Assembly (NCBI GenBank): GCA_045863235.1
Contig: BTUM01000086.1
Span: 1 to 33,706 of the forward strand
DNA length: 33,706 bases
Direction of reading: 5' to 3'
Origin: Candidatus Xenobia bacterium
Lineage (GTDB): Bacteria; Vulcanimicrobiota; Xenobia; Xenobiales; QWHO01
The first letter of the stretch is position 1. The number at the start of each line of letters is the position of its first letter. A program made the position numbers and the translations under genes. Under the pieces are notes generated by a model. The model had not been told where the DNA came from and did not search any database. It was given only the letters and a program-made list of their open reading frames with translations. Below, piece by piece: positions 8,699 through 16,793 of this stretch.

Positions 8699-9772
8699 AT
8701 GGCTCGTCTGCTCGTTTCTCTCTGCCTGCTGATGGCGCTGGCCGTCCCGTCGCTTGCCCAGGTGCCGCACCATCGCCGGCTCAAGGTGGGGTTGGTGGGG
8801 GCGCCGCCCTTCGTCCTTTATGAGAACAAGCGGCCGACCGGCATCGCGGTGGAGCTCTGGGAGGAGATCGCCGCGCGCCTCAAGCTCGAGTATGACTACC
8901 ATCACGTCGAGAACCAGCACCGAGGGCTGGAGGACCTCAGCCACAAGAGGCTGGACGTCCTGGTGGGAACGCTGAGCATCACGGCCGAGCGCGAGCGAGT
9001 GGTAGACTTTACCCAGCCTTACTATCAGTCCACGGTAGCCATCCTGTCGCCCTCGAAGGGTAGTCCCTGGGATCGACTGCGGCCGGTGGTTCGAGCGGCT
9101 GCAATCTATGGCCTGATCGGAATCTTCCTGGCTCTGCTCCTGGTGGGAATCCTGCTCTGGCTGTTCGAGCGAGGCGCTAACAAACAGTTCCCCGATACTC
9201 CCGGTCGCGGCATCGCCACCGGATTCTGGCTGGCGCTGGTGACGATGTCCACGGTCGGCTACGGGGACCGGGTTCCCGTGACCACGGGGGGGCGCCTGGT
9301 GGCTTCCATCTGGATCCTCATCTCGATGCTGATCGTGGGCTCCATTGTAGCCGGCATCTCGAGCTCTCTGACGCTCAGCCAGATCGACGCCAGTCCGATC
9401 GAGAAACCAACCCAGCTCGAGGACCTGCGGGCGGCCACGGTGGAGGGGAGCTTCTTCGAAAGTGTGGTGGGTCGTTACACCGATCGCGTCGTGCTCCGAC
9501 CGGCCCTGGATTCGGCCATCTCGGCAGTACTGGAGGGCAAGGCCGACTGCGTGGTCTATGATCGCCCAAGCCTGAGCTACTTCCTGGCCAAGTTTCCCGA
9601 GCTGCCGCTCCACCTCAGCACGTTTCCCTTCGAGCCCCAGAACTACGGCTTTGGTCTTCCGCCGGACTTTGAGCTGACCAACGATCTGAACATCGCCCTG
9701 CTGGCTATCCTCGAGTCGGGCCGCTTGAAGGAGATCGAACAGCGCTGGCAGAGAAGCCTGGACGGAGAGTGA
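8699..9772 (+). CDS. Solute-binding domain / K+ channel fusion (prokaryotic GluR0-like ligand-gated channel)
   Basis: Signal peptide, SBP family 3 S1 (LSITAERERVVDFTQPYY), TM1, pore TMSTVGYGD, TM2, then S2 (QNYGFGLP). Confidence 0.9.
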   Translation: MARLLVSLCLLMALAVPSLAQVPHHRRLKVGLVGAPPFVLYENKRPTGIAVELWEEIAARLKLEYDYHHVENQHRGLEDLSHKRLDVLVGTLSITAERERVVDFTQPYYQSTVAILSPSKGSPWDRLRPVVRAAAIYGLIGIFLALLLVGILLWLFERGANKQFPDTPGRGIATGFWLALVTMSTVGYGDRVPVTTGGRLVASIWILISMLIVGSIVAGISSSLTLSQIDASPIEKPTQLEDLRAATVEGSFFESVVGRYTDRVVLRPALDSAISAVLEGKADCVVYDRPSLSYFLAKFPELPLHLSTFPFEPQNYGFGLPPDFELTNDLNIALLAILESGRLKEIEQRWQRSLDGE

Positions 9773-9835
9773 GCAGGTGCCCCGAGCCAGCTTCAGGAAG
9801 CTGGCTCTCATCCAAGGAAAGGAGGTGCTCCTCGA

Positions 9836-10579
9836 ATGCGGCGATGGACCTCCTGTATCGCCCTGGTCCTGGGGCTGGTCCTGGCGGCCGGCCCGGCCTG
9901 GGGCGAGCAGGTCTATATTCGCAACAAACCCTTCAAAGGAACGGTCTCGGGCAAAGGGCCCGCGACCTCCGTCGAGTTGCAAGCGCTGGTTGCGGCGCTC
10001 GGTTTGCAGCTGACCGAGGTGCAGGGAAACTGGGTGGTCACCTCAGAGGGCGAAACGGCGGCTTTGCCGACCGACGCCAGCGGCACCGGACAGGTCTACT
10101 ACCAGGGTAAGCCCATCGCGACGGCCGACCAGGGGGGAGCCACCCTGGTGCCGCTCATTAGTACGGCTCAGGCTCTGGGCGCGGTGGCCAGGCACAACAA
10201 GGACATGGGCAGCATCGACGTCAACCTGCCCGTGAAGGCGGTCAGCGGCACCACCTCCGGTCCGAGCGGCTCGGGCCCGGCGCCGGCCAGCTTTGGCGGT
10301 GGTTACAAGCTGATCAACTTCTGGGCCAGTTGGTGAGGACCATGTCGGCGCTTCAAGCCGATCCTGGCTCAGTTTGAGTCAGCTCAGAAAGTTCCCATCG
10401 AGTACATCAACGTCGACGACGCCAACCAGATGAAGAAATACCCCGAGTTGGCCCAGAAGGTCCGGGGTATCCCGGCGACCTTCGTGGTCGATTCCAGCGG
10501 CAAAGTGCTGACCTTCTTTGCGGGAGGGTTGGACTACGAGGGGCTGGTCGCAAAGTACAAGCAGGCCACCAAGAAGTAA
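9836..10579 (+). CDS. Exported thioredoxin-family selenoprotein (UGPC active site) with N-terminal copper-amine-oxidase-N/stalk-like domain, 247 aa
   Basis: AGGAGG SD and signal peptide. The frame reads INFWASW-TGA(10334-10336)-GPCRRFKPIL...YINVD...VRGIPATFVVDSSGKV...KK-TAA(10577-10579), a complete Trx fold. Confidence 0.85.
10337..10367 (+). promoter_or_regulatory. Candidate bacterial SECIS hairpin
   Basis: GTCGGC (10344-49) pairs with GCCGAT (10357-62) around the loop GCTTCAA, which starts with G. A lower stem CCA/TGG is possible. It lies immediately 3' of the in-frame UGA. Confidence 0.6.
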
Positions 10580-10585
10580 GAGCTC

Positions 10586-10613
10586 GCGCGCGTCCCCCGC
10601 GCGCTTTTTCTTT
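10586..10613 (+). terminator. Rho-independent terminator
   Basis: GCGCGCG-TCCCC-CGCGCGC followed by TTTTTCTTT, 6 nt after the TAA at 10579. Confidence 0.8.
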
Positions 10614-13021
10614 CAGAAGTGCATGCGGTACTCGGACCACACCTGGTAGCCGGACCAGTTGAAGGGGTGTGGGGTGGCTCCCCCCGCACCCACCAGCGTC
10701 GCAGGCAACTGGTCGTCGGTCCAGATCCAGCGCCCCCTCAGGCTCCAGTTGGGGTGATCCAGGCCCAACAAGGGGGCGATCTGGCGCGAGTCCAGGTTGG
10801 TGAAGTCAGTGGAGCCGGTGGCCAGGGCGTGGGGATTGTAAAGCCCGGCCGGGTCGAGGTGACCCGCGAATGAAAGCGCATCCAGGCCGGCCACAGCCGT
10901 CCAGCTCGAGTCGAGCTTGTAGGAAAGCTCCACCAGTCCGGCCTGCAGGCCAAGATCCACCAGGTTCTGGCTCCCCCCCTGCGCGGGCGTGAGGATCGAG
11001 GGCCGGAACCAGTGGTTGTTGTCGTACTGGAGCTTCAAGCCGATTCGTTCCCACTGGTAGCTCACCCCGGCGACCAGGCGACGCTCGCTTCCGCGCGGGT
11101 TCTCAAGCGGTGCCAGGGCGGCCGTGAAGCTGTTGGCTGAGGTGGGTCCGTAGACCAGTGGATGGGCAAAGCCCTGAAAGAGCGGATCGAAGTACCCTGG
11201 CGCAAAGCCCACCACGTCGTTGGTGGGGATGGCCGGTCCCAGCGAGCCGGCGGGGGAGAGCACGTCGTAGAGCGAGGTGCGCGTCTGGCGATAGAAGCTG
11301 CCGTTGAGCCAAACCCGCCCGGCCTTGCGGTCGGGCTTGTCGACCGTCGCTGAGAAATTCCAGCTGGTCTTCAGCTCCAGGCCCTGGCGGTTGTGGGGAT
11401 AGCTGCCGTTGTCGTGCAAGAAGAAGCGGCCCGCGAAGTTGGCCGTGACCGGAAAGCGCACCCCCAGCATGTTGCCCGGCATGTTCATCGGGTTGTAGCT
11501 CGGATCCACCGATACGAAGGCCAGCTCGGCCTCTACCGCCGGGTCTTCCCAGTGGCCGGAGAGGGCCAGCTTCCAGGCGTCGCCCTTGCGCAGGAAGGTG
11601 GAGAACCGGTTGGAGGTGTACTCGCTGTGGCCGTATTCTGCGCTCAGCTTGACCGGCCCCCAGGCGTGGGAGGCGTTGAAGCCCACCGTGTCCAGCTGCT
11701 GGGGGCCGTAGTTGCCGCCGCCGTCCACCCCGATGGCGTTGTCGGCGGTGGGGCTCCAGGCGCTGATGGGGCGATCCACCCCCTGCAGGGCGAAGAAGCC
11801 GGGGGGGTTGACCCACTGGTTGGGGGCGTAGCCGGTCGAGGCGCCGTAGGCGACGTTGCCGCCCATCAGGCCGGTGCGCTGGCCTGCTCCGCCCGGCGGA
11901 GCCTGCTCCACCAGGCGGGCCCAGGCGGCCTGGGCCCGACCATCCTGCCAGGCGTAGCTGGCGTTGGCCCCCAGGATGGCGTGCTGGTAGTTGCTCCCCT
12001 GGAAGTTGTTGCCGTCGCCCCAGGTGGAGTGAATCAGCTCGCCAGAGAAACGGCCGGCCTCGCCGTGGAGCTGCCAGCCGTAGCCCGGAAAGCGTCCTGG
12101 CTCGCGCACCCCCAGGTTGGGCTGGCCGGCGTAGACCAGGCCGGGCATGCGCAGTTTCTCGAAGCTGCCCACCACCAGCCGGGTGCGAGTCGGTTTGTGC
12201 TCGGCCCAGAAGCGATCGAGCACCATGCGCGTAAAAGGGGTGTTGTTGAGCGGCTGGGTGCCGTTGGAAAGGTTGGCGGTCACCGGGCTGAGGAGCCACG
12301 GCGGGCTCACGCCCCAGTAGCCGTCCACGAATCGGTCCCCCTGCGAGCTGAAGGCGGCAAACTCGGCCCCGGCCTCCAGGTCGGGGGAGATGGCCAGCTT
12401 CATGCCCAGTCTGGCCAGCGAGGTGAAGCCGGCCCCGTTGGTGAGGGCGCGGCCGTTTCGGTAGTCGACCTGGGGCATTACCCCGTGGACCTGCGGACGG
12501 ACCGTGGCCAGAGCGGTGCTGGTCACCCCGGCCTGGTAGTCGAGCGCGGGGATGCCGGCTCCGCCCCCGTTGGCGGTGGCTCCTCGATTGCGAAAGCTCT
12601 GGGCCAGCACCAGCACGTCCAGGCTGCCGTAGAACTGGATCCGCTCCAGCTCGCGGACGCGTCTGTCCAGCCCCTCGGCCTGCTGCTCCAGGCCCTCCAG
12701 GCGGACCCCCAGGCTGCTCAGCTCCTCTTGCAGGCCGCCGGCCAGCTGTCGCACCGTCTCCAGATCGCTGCGGCTGGCCAGGGTCATCTCCCCCTGCTCG
12801 AGCCGTGCCAACAGCCGGGCCACCATCAGGGCCAGCTCCCAGCGCGAGGCGGTGCGGTCACCCTTGAAAGTGCCGTCCGGATAGCCTTCCACCAGGCCGC
12901 GGGCGGCCAGGGCGGCCACGCTGTCGCGGGCCCAGTGCTGCTCGGGCAGGTCGGGAAAGAGCGGGGCGGCGGCCACGCTGGCCGTCAGCCCCAGTCCCAG
13001 CAAGAGGCTGCGCAGGCTCAC
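10613..13021 (-). CDS. SLH-domain outer-membrane porin-like protein (OmpM/SomA-type architecture)
   Basis: GTG start overlapping the upstream TGA. Signal peptide, SLH (FPDLPEQHWARDSVAALAARGLVEGYPDGTFKGDRTASRWE), coiled coil, beta-rich body and C-terminal Phe (EYRMHF). Confidence 0.85.
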   Translation of the reverse strand: MSLRSLLLGLGLTASVAAAPLFPDLPEQHWARDSVAALAARGLVEGYPDGTFKGDRTASRWELALMVARLLARLEQGEMTLASRSDLETVRQLAGGLQEELSSLGVRLEGLEQQAEGLDRRVRELERIQFYGSLDVLVLAQSFRNRGATANGGGAGIPALDYQAGVTSTALATVRPQVHGVMPQVDYRNGRALTNGAGFTSLARLGMKLAISPDLEAGAEFAAFSSQGDRFVDGYWGVSPPWLLSPVTANLSNGTQPLNNTPFTRMVLDRFWAEHKPTRTRLVVGSFEKLRMPGLVYAGQPNLGVREPGRFPGYGWQLHGEAGRFSGELIHSTWGDGNNFQGSNYQHAILGANASYAWQDGRAQAAWARLVEQAPPGGAGQRTGLMGGNVAYGASTGYAPNQWVNPPGFFALQGVDRPISAWSPTADNAIGVDGGGNYGPQQLDTVGFNASHAWGPVKLSAEYGHSEYTSNRFSTFLRKGDAWKLALSGHWEDPAVEAELAFVSVDPSYNPMNMPGNMLGVRFPVTANFAGRFFLHDNGSYPHNRQGLELKTSWNFSATVDKPDRKAGRVWLNGSFYRQTRTSLYDVLSPAGSLGPAIPTNDVVGFAPGYFDPLFQGFAHPLVYGPTSANSFTAALAPLENPRGSERRLVAGVSYQWERIGLKLQYDNNHWFRPSILTPAQGGSQNLVDLGLQAGLVELSYKLDSSWTAVAGLDALSFAGHLDPAGLYNPHALATGSTDFTNLDSRQIAPLLGLDHPNWSLRGRWIWTDDQLPATLVGAGGATPHPFNWSGYQVWSEYRMHF

Positions 13022-14577
13022 TCGCTCTGCTCCCTGGCCCTGCCCAGTCGATGGCGATCGTGAGCCGCCGTCAGGTAGCGGGTCAGCACCACCCCCACCA
13101 TGGTGGCCACCAGGGCCGTGGCGATCAGGTTGATGTCGTGGGGTGGGTAGTTGGAGTAGAAAATGAAGAACCAGCTCAGGGCCGCCCCCCAGAGCACGGC
13201 CACCTGGGCGTAGAACCGTGTCAGGGCGGGAATGGGGTAGTGACCGCGCACCACGTCGCGGATGATGGAGCCGCCCCCGTTGGAGGCGGCGGCCAGGATC
13301 GGTCCCCACAGCCAGAGGGGCTCGCAGCGCGTCTGCATGGCAACCAGCACTCCGATGACGGTGTAGGCCGCCAGGCCCAGGGCGTCAAAGAAGACCAGCA
13401 CCGGGTTGTGGTCGATGTCCAGGGCGTCCACCCGCTCCTTCAGCGGGCCCGGAAAGCGCTGCACCAGCTTGAAGAAGATGTCCGCCAGCAGGACCAGCCA
13501 GGCCACCACGATGAGCGTCAGGGGATCGGCCACCACTCCTACCGGGCGGCGCCCCGCCACCAGGTCTCGCAAGACCCCGCCCCCGGCCGCCGGGGCCGCC
13601 GCCAGCACGAACGAGCCCAGCAGGTTGAGCCGCTCCCGGTAGGCCATGAAGATGCCCGAGATGGCCGCGAACGCCCCCGCCAGCACCGGGATTTCCCGAA
13701 AGAGGGGACTCTCGGTCAGGAGGGCCAGCAGCGAAGGATAGAAGTAGGAGCGAATCAGCGAGCCGGTCTCTCCGCTCGCGTGCATCTCGAGGATGATGCT
13801 GTCAAACTCTTGCACCGTCTCGGGAGCCACCGAGCGAGAGTCGAAAGCCACATGCATCGAGCTCGGGGGCATGTCCAGCTGCACGCGGCCCACTCCCTCC
13901 CAGCCGTAACGAACCAGGTAGCTCGAGCCCATCAAGGAGTCGCAGAAGACCAGGTCGATGCCGCCCGAGCCCAGGCTGGACAGGCTGTCGGCGTCGCTGG
14001 GAAACTCGATGGACCGGGCGCCCACCTCGGGGTCGTCCAGGATGCGCTGCAGCTGCTCGGGGTAGTTGTAGTCACTGGTGTAGCCGATGCGCAGCTGGCG
14101 CTGGCGGCAGAGCTGGTGTAGCAGGCGGGGATCGGTGGGAAGTCTCAGGCCAGAGTCGAGGCGATAGAAGGCGGCATAATAGAGGTCCAGGTAGCCGGTG
14201 GAGAAGTAGAATTCGTTCTGGCGCTGGGAGGTCTTCAAGGCCATGGGCAGGGCCTGGATCTCGCCCTGGCGCAGCTTTTCCTCCAGGTCGGTCCACTCGC
14301 CCTCCTGCCACAGCACCCGGTAGCCCATCTTGGCGAAGGCGCGGACGATCAACTCGGTATCCACCCCGGTGCGGCGGGCCAGTTCCCCCTCGCCCTGCAG
14401 GTAGTGGTAGGGATACATGCTCTCCCAGCCCACCCGCAAGGTGCCCCGGTAATGGGGAAGGGGAGGGTCGGAGAACTGGAGCCGGGCGATATAGCCCCCG
14501 GCGACCAGCATGGCCACGACGGCCAGGCCGAAGCCCAGCCACGTGCGCAGGGTCCAGGAGGTTGCGGGGGAGGCCAT
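13018..14577 (-). CDS. Solute-binding domain fused to TRIC/UPF0126 (YadS-like) membrane domain
   Basis: N-terminal TM, SBP family 3 domain, then two UPF0126 repeats (AFAAISG...AGGGVLRDLV; FFDALGLAAYTVIG...GGGSIIRDVV). Confidence 0.85.
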   Translation of the reverse strand: MASPATSWTLRTWLGFGLAVVAMLVAGGYIARLQFSDPPLPHYRGTLRVGWESMYPYHYLQGEGELARRTGVDTELIVRAFAKMGYRVLWQEGEWTDLEEKLRQGEIQALPMALKTSQRQNEFYFSTGYLDLYYAAFYRLDSGLRLPTDPRLLHQLCRQRQLRIGYTSDYNYPEQLQRILDDPEVGARSIEFPSDADSLSSLGSGGIDLVFCDSLMGSSYLVRYGWEGVGRVQLDMPPSSMHVAFDSRSVAPETVQEFDSIILEMHASGETGSLIRSYFYPSLLALLTESPLFREIPVLAGAFAAISGIFMAYRERLNLLGSFVLAAAPAAGGGVLRDLVAGRRPVGVVADPLTLIVVAWLVLLADIFFKLVQRFPGPLKERVDALDIDHNPVLVFFDALGLAAYTVIGVLVAMQTRCEPLWLWGPILAAASNGGGSIIRDVVRGHYPIPALTRFYAQVAVLWGAALSWFFIFYSNYPPHDINLIATALVATMVGVVLTRYLTAAHDRHRLGRAREQSE

Positions 14578-14635
14578 GGGGCCTGCTGATTCTGACCCGG
14601 GCGGGCTGCGACCTGCCGCACGGGCGTGCCCCGGA

Positions 14636-14672
14636 GTGGACTATTGACTTAGTCCAGAGTCCACCTTAGCAT
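14636..14672 (+). promoter_or_regulatory. Sigma70 promoter of the TA operon with palindromic operator
   Basis: TTGACT (14644-49), 17 nt, TAGCAT (14667-72). The TGGACTA/TAGTCCA inverted repeat (14637-43 / 14650-56) flanks the -35 box, and there is a further AGTCCAC half-site at 14658-64. Confidence 0.8.
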
Positions 14673-14679
14673 GGTCTTC

Positions 14680-14910
14680 GTGAAGACCTTCAACGTGCAC
14701 GAGGCCAAAACCCAGTTTTCCGCTATTCTGGCACTGGTCAGCGCTGGCGAGGAAGTGATCGTGGCCAAAGCTGGACGCCCGGTGGCTGTGATCAGTCCCT
14801 ACAAGCAGCCCGCAACCGACCGCAAACCGGGACTCTTTCGAGGTCAGATCAAAGTCCACGATTCGTTCTTCGACCCCATGGACGACGAATTCATGCAGCA
14901 CTTCGAGTGA
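14680..14910 (+). CDS. Phd/YefM family antitoxin
   Basis: (M)KTFNVHEAKTQFSAILALVSAGEEVIVAKAGRPVA. GTG start 7 nt after the -10 box; stop overlaps the toxin start (GTGA). Confidence 0.9.
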   Translation: MKTFNVHEAKTQFSAILALVSAGEEVIVAKAGRPVAVISPYKQPATDRKPGLFRGQIKVHDSFFDPMDDEFMQHFE

Positions 14911-15299
14911 AGCGCTATCTCCTGGATACCCACATCATCCTGTGGTGGGCGGAGGATAGCTCCCGGCTCAAGCCTCGCCATCGCGCGCTGATCGGCGATG
15001 GCTCCAACGAAGTCCTGATCAGCGTCGTCAGCGTGTGGGAGGCGACCATCAAAGCATCACAGGGAAAATTGGAACTTCCCGGAGCCCCGTTAGCCTTCTT
15101 CCAGCGGCTGGCCGCACAGGGGCCCTTTGCCGTGCTCCCGATCATGCTCAGTCATGCCGCTGAGGTCTATTCCCTTCCTCAGGTGCACACCGATCCGTTT
15201 GACCGCTTGCTGATCGCTCAGGCTCGCAGCGAGGGGTTGACGCTGGTATCGGAAGACCCCGTGTTCTGTAAGTACACTCTCCCGGGACTGATTGGTTGA
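14907..15299 (+). CDS. vapC: PIN-domain (VapC family) toxin
   Basis: YLLDTHIILW, SVVSVWE, HTDPFDRLLIAQA and LVSED. Confidence 0.92.
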   Translation: MKRYLLDTHIILWWAEDSSRLKPRHRALIGDGSNEVLISVVSVWEATIKASQGKLELPGAPLAFFQRLAAQGPFAVLPIMLSHAAEVYSLPQVHTDPFDRLLIAQARSEGLTLVSEDPVFCKYTLPGLIG

Positions 15300-15314
15300 G
15301 AGCGGCCCGCCTCA

Positions 15315-15333
15315 GGCCGTCTGGCGGACGGCC
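15315..15333. terminator. GC hairpin between convergent genes (possible terminator)
   Basis: GGCCGTC-tggcg-GACGGCC with no clear U-tract. Confidence 0.35.
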
Positions 15334-15383
15334 CGGTGAAAGGCGGCTTTCTCCTCAGTGGACCAGCGCTGGCAGCTTCGGAC

Positions 15384-15551
15384 TCAAGCCTCGGTCTGGT
15401 TCTGGCTCTCCTCTTCAGGCTCGGCCTCCGAGTCGGTCGGCTGGGGCGGGTTGTTCTTCTTGTTCTGGCGGGCAGTGCGCTTGGCCTCGGCCTTCTCGCG
15501 CCGGGCCTGCTCTTTTTGTCGTTTCAAGAATGATGGGTTGGGCTTTGCCAT
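15384..15551 (-). CDS. Small charged protein, 55 aa (not in the ORF track)
   Basis: MAKPNPSFLKRQKEQARREKAEAKRTARQNKKNNPPQPTDSEAEPEEESQNQTEA, with a GAAGGA SD, starting 19 nt after the helicase stop. Confidence 0.75.
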   Translation of the reverse strand: MAKPNPSFLKRQKEQARREKAEAKRTARQNKKNNPPQPTDSEAEPEEESQNQTEA

Positions 15552-15570
15552 GGGCGGTTTCCTTCTTTCT

Positions 15571-16677
15571 TCAGCTCTGTCGCCAGGCGACCGATTCGAT
15601 TTTGCGTCCCAGTCCGCGCTGCAAAGTTCGCCACTTGGCCGCTTCGGCTTCGGTCAGCAGGGTGATGGCGGTTCCCTCGCGCTCCATGCGCCCCGTGCGG
15701 CCCACACGGTGGGTGAGCAACTCGGAGCTCTCGGGTAATTCGTAGTTGATGACCAGCTCGACGTGATCGACGTCAAGCCCTCGGGCGGCCACGTTGGTGG
15801 CCACCAGGATGCCGATCTTGCCGGCCCTGAAGTCGGCCATGACGCGGTCGCGGGCGTTCTGGCTCAGGTTGCCCTGCAGGCAGCCCACCGGATAGCCCAG
15901 CTTCTCGAGAATGCGGCCCAGCTTCTTGACCCCGTGCTTGGTCCGGCCAAACACGATGGTGGAGCCGTCGGGGCGCTTGTCGAGCAAGGTCTTCAGAACA
16001 TCCATGCGCTGCTCGGGAGCTACCCAGTAAGCCAGCTGGCGGATGTTGGCGGGCACCTCGGGCCGGTCCACGCTCACCTTCTCGGGCTGGTACATGTGCT
16101 TGCGGCTGGCCGAGAGCACCCAGTCGGGCATGGTGGCCGAGAAAAGGGCCGTCTGCCGGTCCTTGGGAAGCATGGCCAGGATGCGCTCCACGTCGGGCGC
16201 AAAGCCCTTGTCGAGCATCTCGTCGGCCTCGTCGAGCACCACGAACTCGACCTTGCCGAGTTGCAGCGAGCCGCGTTTGGCCAGGTCGAGCACGCGACCG
16301 GGGGCGCCGACCACGACCTGGGCGCCTTTGAGCTGGGCCACCTGGGCGTTGATGGAGCGGCCCCCGAAGACCTGGACGGCGCGAATGCCGTCAGCGCGGC
16401 CCAGCTCATCGATGACGCCGGCCACCTGGGCGGCCAGCTCGCGGGTGGGAGCCAGCACCAGCGCCTGAACCCAGGGCTGGGCGGGGTCGAGAAACTCCAT
16501 CATGGGCAGCGCGAAAGCCAGGGTCTTGCCCGAGCCGGTGCGGGCCTGCCCGAGCACGTCACGGCCTTCGAGCAGGAGGGGGATGGTGGTTCTCTGGATG
16601 GGAGTGGGGGTGGTGATCTGCATGCGCCCAAGCGCTTTCAGGCTGCCAGGCAGCAGATCGTAAGGGGTAAAAGACAA
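15571..16677 (-). CDS. DEAD-box RNA helicase (minimal core)
   Basis: Q motif TPTPIQ, ARTGSGKT, PTRELA, DEAD, SAT, ARGLD and HRVGRTGR. Confidence 0.95.
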   Translation of the reverse strand: MSFTPYDLLPGSLKALGRMQITTPTPIQRTTIPLLLEGRDVLGQARTGSGKTLAFALPMMEFLDPAQPWVQALVLAPTRELAAQVAGVIDELGRADGIRAVQVFGGRSINAQVAQLKGAQVVVGAPGRVLDLAKRGSLQLGKVEFVVLDEADEMLDKGFAPDVERILAMLPKDRQTALFSATMPDWVLSASRKHMYQPEKVSVDRPEVPANIRQLAYWVAPEQRMDVLKTLLDKRPDGSTIVFGRTKHGVKKLGRILEKLGYPVGCLQGNLSQNARDRVMADFRAGKIGILVATNVAARGLDVDHVELVINYELPESSELLTHRVGRTGRMEREGTAITLLTEAEAAKWRTLQRGLGRKIESVAWRQS

Positions 16678-16793
16678 AAGTCAACAGGGTCCTTTCCGAA
16701 AGACGAAGCGATCGATTGAAGGGAGCATACAGGAAAAGAACCATTCTGTCCACTCGGGCAGGTTCCGGACCGCACGCGACGGAAACCATCTCG

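Noticed and set aside
10334..10336. Genome-wide TGA reassignment (Trp/Gly) as the explanation for the in-frame TGA
   Set aside because: TGA is the normal stop for many genes here (e.g. 2072, 9772, 22810), and Trp or Gly would destroy the CxxC motif.
11393..13063. Long antisense ORFs (also 7329-8732, 18376-20142, 20984-22543, 23720-25567, 27497-28972)
   Set aside because: Expected stop-poor antisense frames of GC-rich genes, with no recognisable motifs.
13022..13309. N-terminal extension of the SLH-porin ORF
   Set aside because: It overlaps the TRIC gene out of frame. The signal peptide begins at GTG 13021.
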